64,000 nt of DNA from Bacteroidota bacterium. GTDB lineage: Bacteria; Bacteroidota; Bacteroidia; NS11-12g; UBA955. The translations under genes and the position numbers were made by a program. The stretch is from positions 71,271-135,270 of the forward strand of contig JAIYAW010000004.1 in assembly GCA_027488835.1 (NCBI GenBank). Reading direction: 5' to 3'. Each line of letters starts with the position of its first letter. Position 1 is the stretch's first letter. Positions 38,786 to 47,413 of this stretch are shown in pieces. The notes under the pieces were generated by a model, which was not told the origin of the DNA, made no database searches, and saw only the letters and a list, made by a program, of their open reading frames with translations.

Positions 38786-39829
38786 ATGGAAGATTTTGAT
38801 AAACTAAGAAAAAATATTAGGTCACTCATTTACTTAGTAATCCTACTAATTGTTGCTGCTGTTCTTTTGATAGTTTTTTTCATGAATGGTGGAGGTAAAA
38901 AAACGCAATTGGATGTTGTGCCAAGCGCAGTTGATTCTTCTCAGTTTAAAAGTGTTTCGTTAGACAATGCAACTGATTTGTGGACACCCCCAAGTGAAGA
39001 TGTCCTTCAAAAATTAGAAAAGGAAAAAGTTGCGCAAATAAATTACGGTAAAGATCTCATTGCCAATACTGCAAAGTATTTTGGACCAATGGGAAGTATT
39101 GCGCAAATTACCAATGGAATGAATTGCCAGAATTGTCATTTAGAAGCTGGAACCAAACCTTACGGAAATAATTATTCAGCTGTTTATACTACCTACCCAA
39201 AATATAGGGCTAGAAGTGGAGCGGTTGAAGATATTTACAAAAGGGTAACAGATTGCTTTGAGCGTTCGTTAAATGGCAAAGCGCCGTTAAAGGGTAGTAA
39301 AGAAATGGAGGCAATTGTGTCTTATATTAATTTTCTCGGCACCAACGTTGAAAAAGGTAAAAATGCCAAAGGTTCTGGTATCTATGAGCTGAAATTTTTA
39401 GATAGACCCGCTGATCCAACAAAAGGGAAATCGGTCTATTTGGCAAAATGTGTAAGTTGCCATAAAGAAGATGGTAGTGGCATCAAATCTGAAGATAAAG
39501 TTACGTACCAATATCCTCCATTATGGGGAGCAAATGCATATAATACTGGTGCCGGTCTTTACAGGATTTCTCGTTTTGCAGGATATATTAAGGCCAATAT
39601 GCCGTTCGGTGCTACATATAAAGAGCCTCAATTAACAGATGAAGAAGCATGGGATATTGCAGCTTATGTAAACTCAATGCCCCATCCTTCAAAAGATATC
39701 AGTAAAGATTGGCCTAAAGTTGAAGAGAAAATATTCGATCATCCTTTCGGACCTTTTGCCGATGGGTTTTCTGAAGAACAACATAAATTTGGCCCGTTTG
39801 CAGCCAAAAAAAAATGCAACAATCCCTAA
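38786..39829 (+). CDS. tsdA: Diheme cytochrome c thiosulfate dehydrogenase/tetrathionate reductase
   Basis: Two CxxCH (CQNCH, CVSCH), active-site Cys in RVTDCFERSLNG, PPLWG..YNTGAG, KANMP Met ligand; N-terminal TM anchor. Confidence 0.85.
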   Translation: MEDFDKLRKNIRSLIYLVILLIVAAVLLIVFFMNGGGKKTQLDVVPSAVDSSQFKSVSLDNATDLWTPPSEDVLQKLEKEKVAQINYGKDLIANTAKYFGPMGSIAQITNGMNCQNCHLEAGTKPYGNNYSAVYTTYPKYRARSGAVEDIYKRVTDCFERSLNGKAPLKGSKEMEAIVSYINFLGTNVEKGKNAKGSGIYELKFLDRPADPTKGKSVYLAKCVSCHKEDGSGIKSEDKVTYQYPPLWGANAYNTGAGLYRISRFAGYIKANMPFGATYKEPQLTDEEAWDIAAYVNSMPHPSKDISKDWPKVEEKIFDHPFGPFADGFSEEQHKFGPFAAKKKCNNP

Positions 39830-39838
39830 AATAAAATT

Positions 39839-41254
39839 ATGAATATAGAACAAATATATACAGGATGTTTGGCGCAAGGAGCTTATTACATTCAAAGTAA
39901 TGGTGAAGCGGTAATCATTGATCCATTGCGCGAAGTGCAACCATATTTAGATCGTCTGGATAAAGATGGCGTGAAGTTGAAATATATTTTTGAAACACAT
40001 TTTCATGCAGATTTTGTGAGTGGTCACATTGATTTGAGTGCAAAAACCGGGGCGCAAATTGTTTTTGGACCTACTGCAAATCCAGAATTTGATTGCATCG
40101 TGGCTACCGACAATCAAGAATTCAAAGTTGGAAATATTATATTAAAAGTATTACATACACCAGGACATACCATGGAAAGTTCTTGCTTTTTATTGCTTGA
40201 TGAAAATGGAAAAGAGCATAGCCTATTTAGTGGCGATACCTTGTTTTTGGGGGATGTAGGAAGACCAGATTTGGCACAGAAAGCAGCTACAATGACACAA
40301 GAAGAATTGGCAGGAATGCTTTATGATTCTTTGGTGAATAAAATCATGCCTTTGCCAAATGATGTGATGGTTTATCCAGCGCATGGCGCTGGAAGTGCTT
40401 GTGGCAAGAATATGATGAAAGAAACAATGGATTCATTGGGTCATCAAAAAGAAATGAATTATGCATTAAATCAGCCCAATAAAGAAGCGTTTATTGAAGC
40501 AGTTTTGGATGGTTTGTTACCACCACCGGCTTACTTTCCAATGAATGTTGCCATGAATAAAAAAGGATATGCATCCATTGATTCGGTTATGAACAATGGC
40601 ATGCGACCATTAACTCCTGCAGAATTTGAAGTAGCGGCAGAAAGCACTGAGGCTGTTGTATTAGACACAAGAAAGCCTGCAGATTTTGCAATGGGATTTA
40701 TTCCACGCAGTATCAATATCGGAATTGATGGACAATTTGCTCCGTGGGTAGGTTCTATTATTGGAGATGTGAAATTGCCAATTTTATTGGTAACAGATCC
40801 AGGAAGAGAAGAGGAAACAGTAATTCGTTTGTCTCGTGTTGGATTCGATCATATCTTAGGGTATATCAATGGTGGATTTAAAGCTTGGGAAGATTTTGGT
40901 AAAGAAGTTGATAGTGTTAATAGGATTTCTGCTGAACAATTTGCGTCAGAAGTTAAAATTGGTGCTGATATGGTTGTTGACGTGAGAAAAGAGGCTGAAT
41001 ATAGGGCGGAACATGTTGATGAGGCTTATAACAAGCCATTAGACAATATAAACGATTGGTTTATGAATATGAATGATGAGAAGCCATTCTATATACACTG
41101 TGCGGGTGGTTACAGGAGTATGATTGCTGCATCTATTTTAAAAGCACGTGGTATTCATAATTTCAAAGAAGTTGATGGAGGTTTTGCAGCAATTGCAAAA
41201 ACGGATGTTGCAAAAACTGATTTTGTTTGTCAAAGTAAATTGCAAAGTAATTAA
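39839..41254 (+). CDS. Persulfide dioxygenase-rhodanese fusion (CstB-like MBL-fold protein)
   Basis: ETHFHADFVSGH, HTPGHT, GDTLF..GRPDL, PAHGAGSACG, two rhodanese domains with HCAGGYRS. Confidence 0.9.
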   Translation: MNIEQIYTGCLAQGAYYIQSNGEAVIIDPLREVQPYLDRLDKDGVKLKYIFETHFHADFVSGHIDLSAKTGAQIVFGPTANPEFDCIVATDNQEFKVGNIILKVLHTPGHTMESSCFLLLDENGKEHSLFSGDTLFLGDVGRPDLAQKAATMTQEELAGMLYDSLVNKIMPLPNDVMVYPAHGAGSACGKNMMKETMDSLGHQKEMNYALNQPNKEAFIEAVLDGLLPPPAYFPMNVAMNKKGYASIDSVMNNGMRPLTPAEFEVAAESTEAVVLDTRKPADFAMGFIPRSINIGIDGQFAPWVGSIIGDVKLPILLVTDPGREEETVIRLSRVGFDHILGYINGGFKAWEDFGKEVDSVNRISAEQFASEVKIGADMVVDVRKEAEYRAEHVDEAYNKPLDNINDWFMNMNDEKPFYIHCAGGYRSMIAASILKARGIHNFKEVDGGFAAIAKTDVAKTDFVCQSKLQSN

Positions 41255-41829
41255 TGGGTAATCAAATCATAGAATTGTTAAAACAACCATGGCCATGGTA
41301 TGTTGGGGGAGTATTTGTAGGACTAACCGTTCCAATTTTACTTTTGTTAGGGAATAAATCTTTTGGAATTTCTAGCTCACTCAGACATATTTGTGCAGCT
41401 TGTATGCCAGCTAAAATTCCTTTTTTTAATTACGATTGGAAAAAAGAATCTTGGAATTTGTTTTTTGTTGTGGGAACCATTATTGGTGGTTTCATTGCGG
41501 GACATTTTTTAATGTCGGGAGATCAAATTGTGATTGCTGAAAATACTAAAAAGCAATTGGTGGCTCTGGGGATTCAAGATTTCACACATCTTATGCCAAC
41601 AGATATCTTTAGCTGGAGTGCTGTTTTAACGCTTAAAGGCTTTGTATTTATGGTCTTGGGTGGGTTTTTAGTAGGCTTCGGAACACGTTGGGCAGGAGGT
41701 TGTACCAGTGGTCATGCAATTATGGGTTTGAGTAACCTCCAGTGGCCTTCATTGGTGGCAACTTGTTGCTTTTTAATTGGTGGGTTTATCATGACTTGGT
41801 TTGGATTGCCCTTTTTATTATCATTATAA
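41254..41829 (+). CDS. YeeE/YedE sulfur-compound transporter subunit
   Basis: PWPWYVGG, FGISS, GFGTRWAGGCTSGH. Confidence 0.9.
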   Translation: MGNQIIELLKQPWPWYVGGVFVGLTVPILLLLGNKSFGISSSLRHICAACMPAKIPFFNYDWKKESWNLFFVVGTIIGGFIAGHFLMSGDQIVIAENTKKQLVALGIQDFTHLMPTDIFSWSAVLTLKGFVFMVLGGFLVGFGTRWAGGCTSGHAIMGLSNLQWPSLVATCCFLIGGFIMTWFGLPFLLSL

Positions 41830-41841
41830 TTTCGTATATTT

Positions 41842-42327
41842 ATGAGTCAACATTCAAAAGAAATGGTAGAAACTGGCACAGCTTGTGTCAATGAATCTGA
41901 GGTTCAAAAACCTTGGTATAGCAATCTGAAATATAGCATCGTAGGAATTTTATTCGGTATCGTTTTTGTAAAATCTGAAATCATTAGTTGGTTTAGAATT
42001 CAAGAAATGTTCCGCTTAGATTCATTCCATATGTATGGTGTTATTGGAACAGCAGTTTTTGTTGGTCTGATTTCTGTTCAAATTATCAAACGTAAGAAAA
42101 TAAAATCGTTTGAAGGTGAGCCAATAATCATTCAAGACAAAACGTTTAACAAAGGGCAAATTTATGGGGGACTTATGTTTGGTTTTGGTTGGGCAATCAC
42201 TGGCGCATGCCCGGGTCCATTGTATGTGCAATTGGGTTCTGGTTTTACAGTCATTTCCGTGACCATTTTAAGTGCAATATTGGGTACTTGGGTCTATGGT
42301 AAATTCAAAGATAAATTACCGCATTAA
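41842..42327 (+). CDS. YeeE/YedE partner subunit
   Basis: SWFRIQEMFR..SFHMYG, FGFGWAITGACPGP. Confidence 0.88.
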   Translation: MSQHSKEMVETGTACVNESEVQKPWYSNLKYSIVGILFGIVFVKSEIISWFRIQEMFRLDSFHMYGVIGTAVFVGLISVQIIKRKKIKSFEGEPIIIQDKTFNKGQIYGGLMFGFGWAITGACPGPLYVQLGSGFTVISVTILSAILGTWVYGKFKDKLPH

Positions 42328-42342
42328 TTTTAGTTTTTTTTG

Positions 42343-42369
42343 AGGGACGATTTTTCGTCCCTTTTTTTT
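42343..42369 (+). terminator. Intrinsic terminator closing the sulfur operon
   Basis: AGGGACGA-TTTT-TCGTCCCT followed by a T-tract. Confidence 0.85.
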
Positions 42370-42386
42370 GGGATATTTGTAATGTT

Positions 42387-42797
42387 ATGGCAAAAGAAAT
42401 GTGGTTAAACCTCGGGGTTGAAAATATTGTAAAGTCGAGAGAATTTTATCAAGCAATTGGATTTCAGATTATGGAAGAATATGCCTGTAGCGATGATATG
42501 ATTGGTTTGATAATTGGTGAGCAAAAAGTTTCTGTTATGTTGTTTCCCAATCACATGTTTGGCGGATTTCTTCAAAATTCAGTTACCCAAACAAGTACTT
42601 CAAACGAGGTATTGTTGTCTTTTGATGCTGCCTCCCCTGAAGAAGTTGATGCACAAATTGAACTTGTAGAAAAAGCGGGCGGTATAGTTTTTGGGAAACC
42701 AGGATGGACTCAAGGTTGGATGTATGGTGCTGGTTTTTGCGATCTGGATGGACATCGTTGGAACATACTCCACATGGATATGTCTAAAATGCGTTAA
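42387..42797 (+). CDS. VOC/glyoxalase family protein
   Basis: WLNLGV..SREFYQAIGF, EVLLSFDA, WMYG..FCDLDGHRW. Confidence 0.88.
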   Translation: MAKEMWLNLGVENIVKSREFYQAIGFQIMEEYACSDDMIGLIIGEQKVSVMLFPNHMFGGFLQNSVTQTSTSNEVLLSFDAASPEEVDAQIELVEKAGGIVFGKPGWTQGWMYGAGFCDLDGHRWNILHMDMSKMR

Positions 42798-43621
42798 TCT
42801 CTTATCGAGATTAAATTTAGCTTAATCTGGTTCTGTTTTAAATATCCCATCACAAAATCATATCCTTGATTCAATTCGCAAGGGTGATGCGCATCTGAAT
42901 TGATCATAATTTTGAAATTTGCATCTTTAATCAAATGAATAAATTCGAATGCCGGGTATGGGTTATGTCGATTTTTTTTATACAATCCTCGGGTATTGAT
43001 TTCCAGAATAAAACTATCGATGTTTTGTTTTTTTAGGATATCAAAAAGTGATTGGTAAAAATATGATTTTAAACCTTGAAACGCGGGATAATTTTCAGCA
43101 TTAATTACTATCTTATCTATATGACCTATTATTCTTTTCGGAGAAATAGAGACATTCAACATGTTTTCAAAGTTGGATAAGTACAGGTCCAGAATTTCCT
43201 TTAAATTTTGATTGTAATAGGTGTAAATTCTATGAAATTCATCTGCGGTTCCATCAATTTCAACATATTCTATCACTTTACCATCTAATAATAAAATTGG
43301 TAAATAATGTATGCTGCAAATAAGATATTCAGCATTCGCAATTTCATTGAATTTGAGTGCATATAATCCCTTTCCATGTAAATAATCAATTTCCCATCCA
43401 ATAATGGGTTCAATTGTAGCTTTGAAATGTTTTTCAAGGGTTTTAATTTCCCTTACATATTGCCCTATTTGTGTTTCTTTTATTGCCCATTCTGAAGGAA
43501 ATGGCAATGGAGCATGGGCACTAAATCCAATGTGTTTCCAACCCAATTCAATGGCTTCGTGGATATATTCTACAGGATCTTCACTGCCATCACAATAGGT
43601 AGTGTGTGTATGCAAATTCAA
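42794..43621 (-). CDS. PHP-domain phosphatase (histidinol-phosphatase HisK-like)
   Basis: HTHTTYCDG, GFSAHAP, GWEIDY, SIHY, GHIDK, EINT, NSDAH; TTG start. Confidence 0.85.
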   Translation of the reverse strand: MNLHTHTTYCDGSEDPVEYIHEAIELGWKHIGFSAHAPLPFPSEWAIKETQIGQYVREIKTLEKHFKATIEPIIGWEIDYLHGKGLYALKFNEIANAEYLICSIHYLPILLLDGKVIEYVEIDGTADEFHRIYTYYNQNLKEILDLYLSNFENMLNVSISPKRIIGHIDKIVINAENYPAFQGLKSYFYQSLFDILKKQNIDSFILEINTRGLYKKNRHNPYPAFEFIHLIKDANFKIMINSDAHHPCELNQGYDFVMGYLKQNQIKLNLISIRD

Positions 43622-43633
43622 GATGTAGGAAAA

Positions 43634-44311
43634 TTATTTTTTCTCGAATTTCGCAATTACACGTTCCAAATTATTTAAAATTTGGGTATACGGAGCCGTA
43701 AGTAGTTCATTGTATGTTTGAGTGCCAGTTAATACACCTATGTTCCATGCACAACCCGCTGAAAATCCTTCAAATAAGTCACTCACAGTATCTCCCACTT
43801 TCATTACTTTGTGCGAATATTCAACGCCTTCCTTTTTCATAGCCAGTTGAATCATGTCTGGATGTGGACGACCTTTTTTGACTTCATCGCTGCCAATAAA
43901 GCCATCGATTTTTGATTTTAAATCCAGTTGTTTGACAATAATTTCAGCTATATTTCTGTTGAAAACTGTATTTAAGTAAATTTTGGTGCCGCGTTTTCTC
44001 ATAGCATCGAATAAATCATCGGCAAAAGGCATCAATGCTAAATTTCCTTGGATGCTATATTGATTTTCCAATTCAGAATTGAAATTTTCTAAAAGCTTAT
44101 TAATTATTTCATTATCAATGCTTAAATTATTGATTGAGCAAAGTTGTTCAAAGGCAACATTCTTAGGAATACCCATTACTTTGTTTGCATCGTCAATGGT
44201 AATGTCGGTTTGGGTAATCGCCTTCATTGTATTAACAGCAGCTTGTTGAACCAACCCATTATCGTTAACGGTGGTTCCTGTCATATTTAATACAGCTAAT
44301 TTTGGTGTCAT
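43634..44311 (-). CDS. Phosphonatase-like HAD hydrolase homologue (nucleophile Asp replaced by Asn)
   Basis: LNMTGTTV in place of FDMAGTTV; GRPHPDMI, KVGDTVSD, GVLTG retained. Confidence 0.8.
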   Translation of the reverse strand: MTPKLAVLNMTGTTVNDNGLVQQAAVNTMKAITQTDITIDDANKVMGIPKNVAFEQLCSINNLSIDNEIINKLLENFNSELENQYSIQGNLALMPFADDLFDAMRKRGTKIYLNTVFNRNIAEIIVKQLDLKSKIDGFIGSDEVKKGRPHPDMIQLAMKKEGVEYSHKVMKVGDTVSDLFEGFSAGCAWNIGVLTGTQTYNELLTAPYTQILNNLERVIAKFEKK

Positions 44312-44392
44312 GTTACAAAAGTCTTAACTAAGTTTATGCTAGGTGTTACTGAAATGTTAAAATTGTGAGTTGTAAAGAATAAGTTATGTGGG

Positions 44393-44914
44393 TTATTTTT
44401 TAGCAACCTCATACCAATGTTTTTCAGTTTCATCTTCTAAAAATGATTCTTTGTAATTGAAACCAACTTTTGAAATAACTTTTAAGGATTGGGTGTTTTG
44501 TGTGTTAACGATGGCATTGATTTTTGAAATCTCTAATTCATTCAATCCATAATTCAAACAAGCAGCACTTGCCTCTGTTGCAAGTCCATTTCCCCAGAAA
44601 TTAGGGTGAATTCTATAGCCTAAGTCATAAAAGTTCTCGTAGGTATGACGTTTGTGCTTATTAAATTTTATTCCACACCAACCAATAAATCCTTGCGTTG
44701 CTTTGTCAATCATTGCCAATCTTCCCGTTTTGAAGTTGCCATATTGTGATATCACTTGATTCAACAATTCTCTCGATTCTTCCAAACTGCGCTTTGGGTA
44801 ATTCGTTAAATATTTTATTACGGATTCATTGGTTTCAAGTGAATGAAAATCCTCAAGGTCATTGACCATGAATTCTCTTAAAATCATTCGAGTTGTTTCT
44901 AGTTGAATAGCCAT
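44393..44914 (-). CDS. GNAT (RimJ/RimL-type) N-acetyltransferase
   Basis: LETTRMILRE, FIGWCG, DLGYR...WGNGLATEA, N..S.KV..KVGF. Start moved to ATG 44914. Confidence 0.9.
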   Translation of the reverse strand: MAIQLETTRMILREFMVNDLEDFHSLETNESVIKYLTNYPKRSLEESRELLNQVISQYGNFKTGRLAMIDKATQGFIGWCGIKFNKHKRHTYENFYDLGYRIHPNFWGNGLATEASAACLNYGLNELEISKINAIVNTQNTQSLKVISKVGFNYKESFLEDETEKHWYEVAKK

Positions 44915-45050
44915 TGTGGTTTTGGTGGTATACTCCAATCTATCAACAAAACAATTGTATAATTTTATCTTTAGTGTTATCAAATCTTTATTCAATAAAT
45001 ATTCTTTTCACATAATTTATTGTAAAGGGTTATTTTTGAATTTCTATACT

Positions 45051-46025
45051 ATGATTTCTAGACGTAAATTTATACTGGCTTCGGGTGCAACTTCATTGCT
45101 CACTGCCATTCAGTCAAAAGCCAATATTTTGTCCTTCAATACCAAAAAAGTGGTTCGGCCCATTGTGATATCTACTTGGGATTTTGGAGCGGCGGCCAAT
45201 GCTGAGGCATTTAAAATTCTGAGTGCAGGTGGAAGAGCCCTCGATGCGGTTGAAGCAGGTGTAAAAATTACCGAATCTGATCCAAACGTTGATACTGTTG
45301 GATACGGCGGAAATCCCGATAGAGACGGACATGTTACTCTTGATGCTAGTATTATGGACGAACATGCCAATATTGGTTCTGTGGCTTGTCTTGAACATAT
45401 TATGCATCCAATTAGCGTGGCTCGTTTGGTGATGGAAAAATCGCCGCATGTTTTTATTGCGGGGGAAGGAGCACTCAAATTTGCCCTCGATAACGGTTTT
45501 GAAAAAACCAATATGTTGTCGCCAAAGGCAGAGGAAAACTGGAAGAAGTGGTTGGATGAATCCAAATATATGCCCAAAGTTGATTACAAAAGCCACGATA
45601 CAATCGGTATGTTGGCTCTGGATGTTCACGGAAATATCAGCGGTGCTTGCACAACCAGTGGAAGGGCTTATAAAATGCATGGCAGAATTGGTGATTCACC
45701 AATTATAGGTGCTGGGTTGTACGTGGATAATGAAGTAGGTGGAGCAACGTCAACCGGAATGGGCGAGGAGGTAATTCGTATTTGCGGTTCTCATTTGGTG
45801 GTTGAATTTATGCGTCAAGGATATTCTCCAATGCAAGCTTGTAAAGCTGCGGTGGAACGTATGGTGAAAATGTCGCCATCTAAAAAAGAAGATGTAACTG
45901 CTGGATTTATTGCACTAAATAAAAAAGGCGAATATGGTTCTTTTTCGGTGTACAAAGGATATCAAATTGCGGTGCATTCAACTAAAGAACAGGGCGTTGT
46001 GAAGGACATTCAACACTTGAAATAA
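45051..46025 (+). CDS. N(4)-(beta-N-acetylglucosaminyl)-L-asparaginase (glycosylasparaginase, Ntn hydrolase)
   Basis: Tat signal MISRRKFI, ISTW, VGYGG.PD, autocleavage site HDTIG, GRIGDSP, TGMGE. Confidence 0.92.
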   Translation: MISRRKFILASGATSLLTAIQSKANILSFNTKKVVRPIVISTWDFGAAANAEAFKILSAGGRALDAVEAGVKITESDPNVDTVGYGGNPDRDGHVTLDASIMDEHANIGSVACLEHIMHPISVARLVMEKSPHVFIAGEGALKFALDNGFEKTNMLSPKAEENWKKWLDESKYMPKVDYKSHDTIGMLALDVHGNISGACTTSGRAYKMHGRIGDSPIIGAGLYVDNEVGGATSTGMGEEVIRICGSHLVVEFMRQGYSPMQACKAAVERMVKMSPSKKEDVTAGFIALNKKGEYGSFSVYKGYQIAVHSTKEQGVVKDIQHLK

Positions 46026-46756
46026 TGAAGGTTGAAGTTGAAGTTGTAGTTTATAATTACGAGTCAGCGCTAATTGCTGAAAAATGTGGTGCAAACCGTG
46101 TGGAACTTTGTGCAAATGAAGGTGCTGGTGGAACGTCGCCTAGTTTGGCATTGCTTCAAAAAATCAAGGAAAATACAAATATTCAAGTATACGTAATGGT
46201 AAGACCCCGTGAAGGCGATTTTACCTATTCTGCCGTTGAAATAGAATTGATATTGAGGGAAATTGAATTGTTTAAACAAGCGGGTGCCGACGGTATTGTT
46301 TGTGCTGCACTCACTTCAGATGCACAAATAGATGTTCCTTTTGTGAAGCAAATGGTGGATGCAGCAAGTCCGCTGCCGTTTACTTTTCACCGTGCTTTTG
46401 ATCATGTAAAAGATCCATTTTTTGCATTGGAGCAATTGATAGATTGCGGTTCTGCGAGAATTTTGACATCGGGTCAGGAGCCTTCTGTTTTGGAGGGACA
46501 AGAACTTGTGAAGCAGTTGATTCAAAAAGCAAACGGGCGCATTGGCATTTTGCCCGGGGCCGGTGTGAATTCAATAAATGTAAAAGAAATTGTTGATTTT
46601 ACTGGTTGCAAAGAGATTCATTTGTCGGCTAAGAAAATGATGCAAAGGCAAGTTGCGTTGAATTCTAAAATTCAGTTGGGCAGTTCAAATGATAGTAATT
46701 CCTATCAAATGACTGATGAAATCGAGTTGAAGCGAGTGCTGGAAATTCTCGGTTAA
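46025..46756 (+). CDS. cutC: CutC family protein
   Basis: GANRVELC, GGTSPS, MVRPREGDF, TFHRAFD, RILTSG, HLSA. Confidence 0.93.
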   Translation: MKVEVEVVVYNYESALIAEKCGANRVELCANEGAGGTSPSLALLQKIKENTNIQVYVMVRPREGDFTYSAVEIELILREIELFKQAGADGIVCAALTSDAQIDVPFVKQMVDAASPLPFTFHRAFDHVKDPFFALEQLIDCGSARILTSGQEPSVLEGQELVKQLIQKANGRIGILPGAGVNSINVKEIVDFTGCKEIHLSAKKMMQRQVALNSKIQLGSSNDSNSYQMTDEIELKRVLEILG

Positions 46757-46871
46757 TTATTTGCCATTAAGCATAAATTGTCCCCCAAAAAAAATATTGT
46801 ATAAGCTAGTTTAATGGAATAATTTAGAAAAGCCAAACGATTATTGAGGGATTGATTTGAGCCAGTTTTTT

Positions 46872-46918
46872 ACTACGAACTCTTCGTTACGAAAAGTTCG
46901 TTACGAAGAGTTCGTAGT
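46872..46918. repeat. Long near-perfect palindrome upstream of the tRNA
   Basis: ACTACGAACTCTTCGTTACGAA-AAG-TTCGTTACGAAGAGTTCGTAGT: 22-bp arms with one mismatch. Confidence 0.85.
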
Positions 46919-47032
46919 TATTTAATTATATGTATATTATTGTGATATGAAGTTTTTTCAGTGAAGAAATTGATGATAAATGTCTTGATTTATGAAAATG
47001 TAAATTTGGAGGAAAATAAAAGCAAAAGGTTG

Positions 47033-47040
47033 TACCTTTG
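47033..47040 (+). promoter_or_regulatory. -7 promoter element of tRNA-Ser
   Basis: TACCTTTG, 9 nt before the mature tRNA 5' end. Confidence 0.75.
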
Positions 47041-47049
47041 CAACCCTAC

Positions 47050-47137
47050 AGAGAGATGTCCGAGTGGCTGAAGGAGCACGCTTGGAAAGCGTGTAAACGC
47101 CAAAAGCGTTTCGAGGGTTCGAATCCCTTTCTCTCTA
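47050..47137 (+). tRNA. tRNA-Ser (anticodon GGA)
   Basis: Acceptor stem AGAGAGA/TCTCTCT, anticodon arm CACGC-TTGGAAA-GCGTG, long variable arm AAACGC-CAAAA-GCGTTT, T arm GAGGG-TTCGAAT-CCCTT; CCA not encoded. Confidence 0.97.
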
Positions 47138-47342
47138 CAACCTAATTGAAAGCCCCGCAAAGCGGGGCTTTTTTATTTATAGGCCAAGCCAAGCTCCGCT
47201 TGAGCGATGGACTAAAAATAAAAAAGCCAACAGCTGCTATGCAGCTGTGCTTTCAATTGGGTTGTATCTCACCCCTCAGGGATCACGAGCGGAGCGAGTA
47301 GTCCCTCATGGATTAGATAGATTATCCCGAAAGCTTTCGGGA
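47136..47342 (+). other. Structured region 3' of tRNA-Ser (terminator embedded in a multi-branched fold, plus further hairpins)
   Basis: Terminator AAAGCCCCGC-AAA-GCGGGGCTTTTTT; 47136-47153 pairs with 47249-47266; 47167-47186 pairs with 47208-47227; hairpins CAGCTGC-TAT-GCAGCTG and TCCCGAAAGCTTTCGGGA. Confidence 0.7.
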
Positions 47343-47413
47343 AGATTAATTTAGTTAAATTGATTGGTTCTGCGTGCTATAAGGGGGCATTTTTTATGGT
47401 GAAATGATTCCAA

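Noticed and set aside
44916-45050. Apparent overlap of the divergent GNAT and glycosylasparaginase ORFs, and similar N-terminal extensions of ahpC and oxyR
   Set aside because: Artefact of longest-ORF start choice; downstream ATGs (44914, 45051, 54306, 62596) match family N-termini and remove the overlaps.
46920-46947. Possible dif site (ATTTAATTATA-TGTATA-TTATTGTGATA)
   Set aside because: The central hexamer resembles dif, but the XerD arm TTATGTTAAAT is poorly matched on both strands; likely an AT-rich coincidence.
47050-47137. A1-U72 pair and A73 discriminator in tRNA-Ser as a sign of recoding or a pseudo-tRNA
   Set aside because: The cloverleaf, long variable arm, promoter and terminator are intact. 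SerRS relies mainly on the variable arm, and ORFs translate normally with the standard code.
47110-47137. attL/attR duplication of the tRNA 3' end marking an integrated element
   Set aside because: No convincing second copy was found by eye in the window, and no integrase is adjacent.
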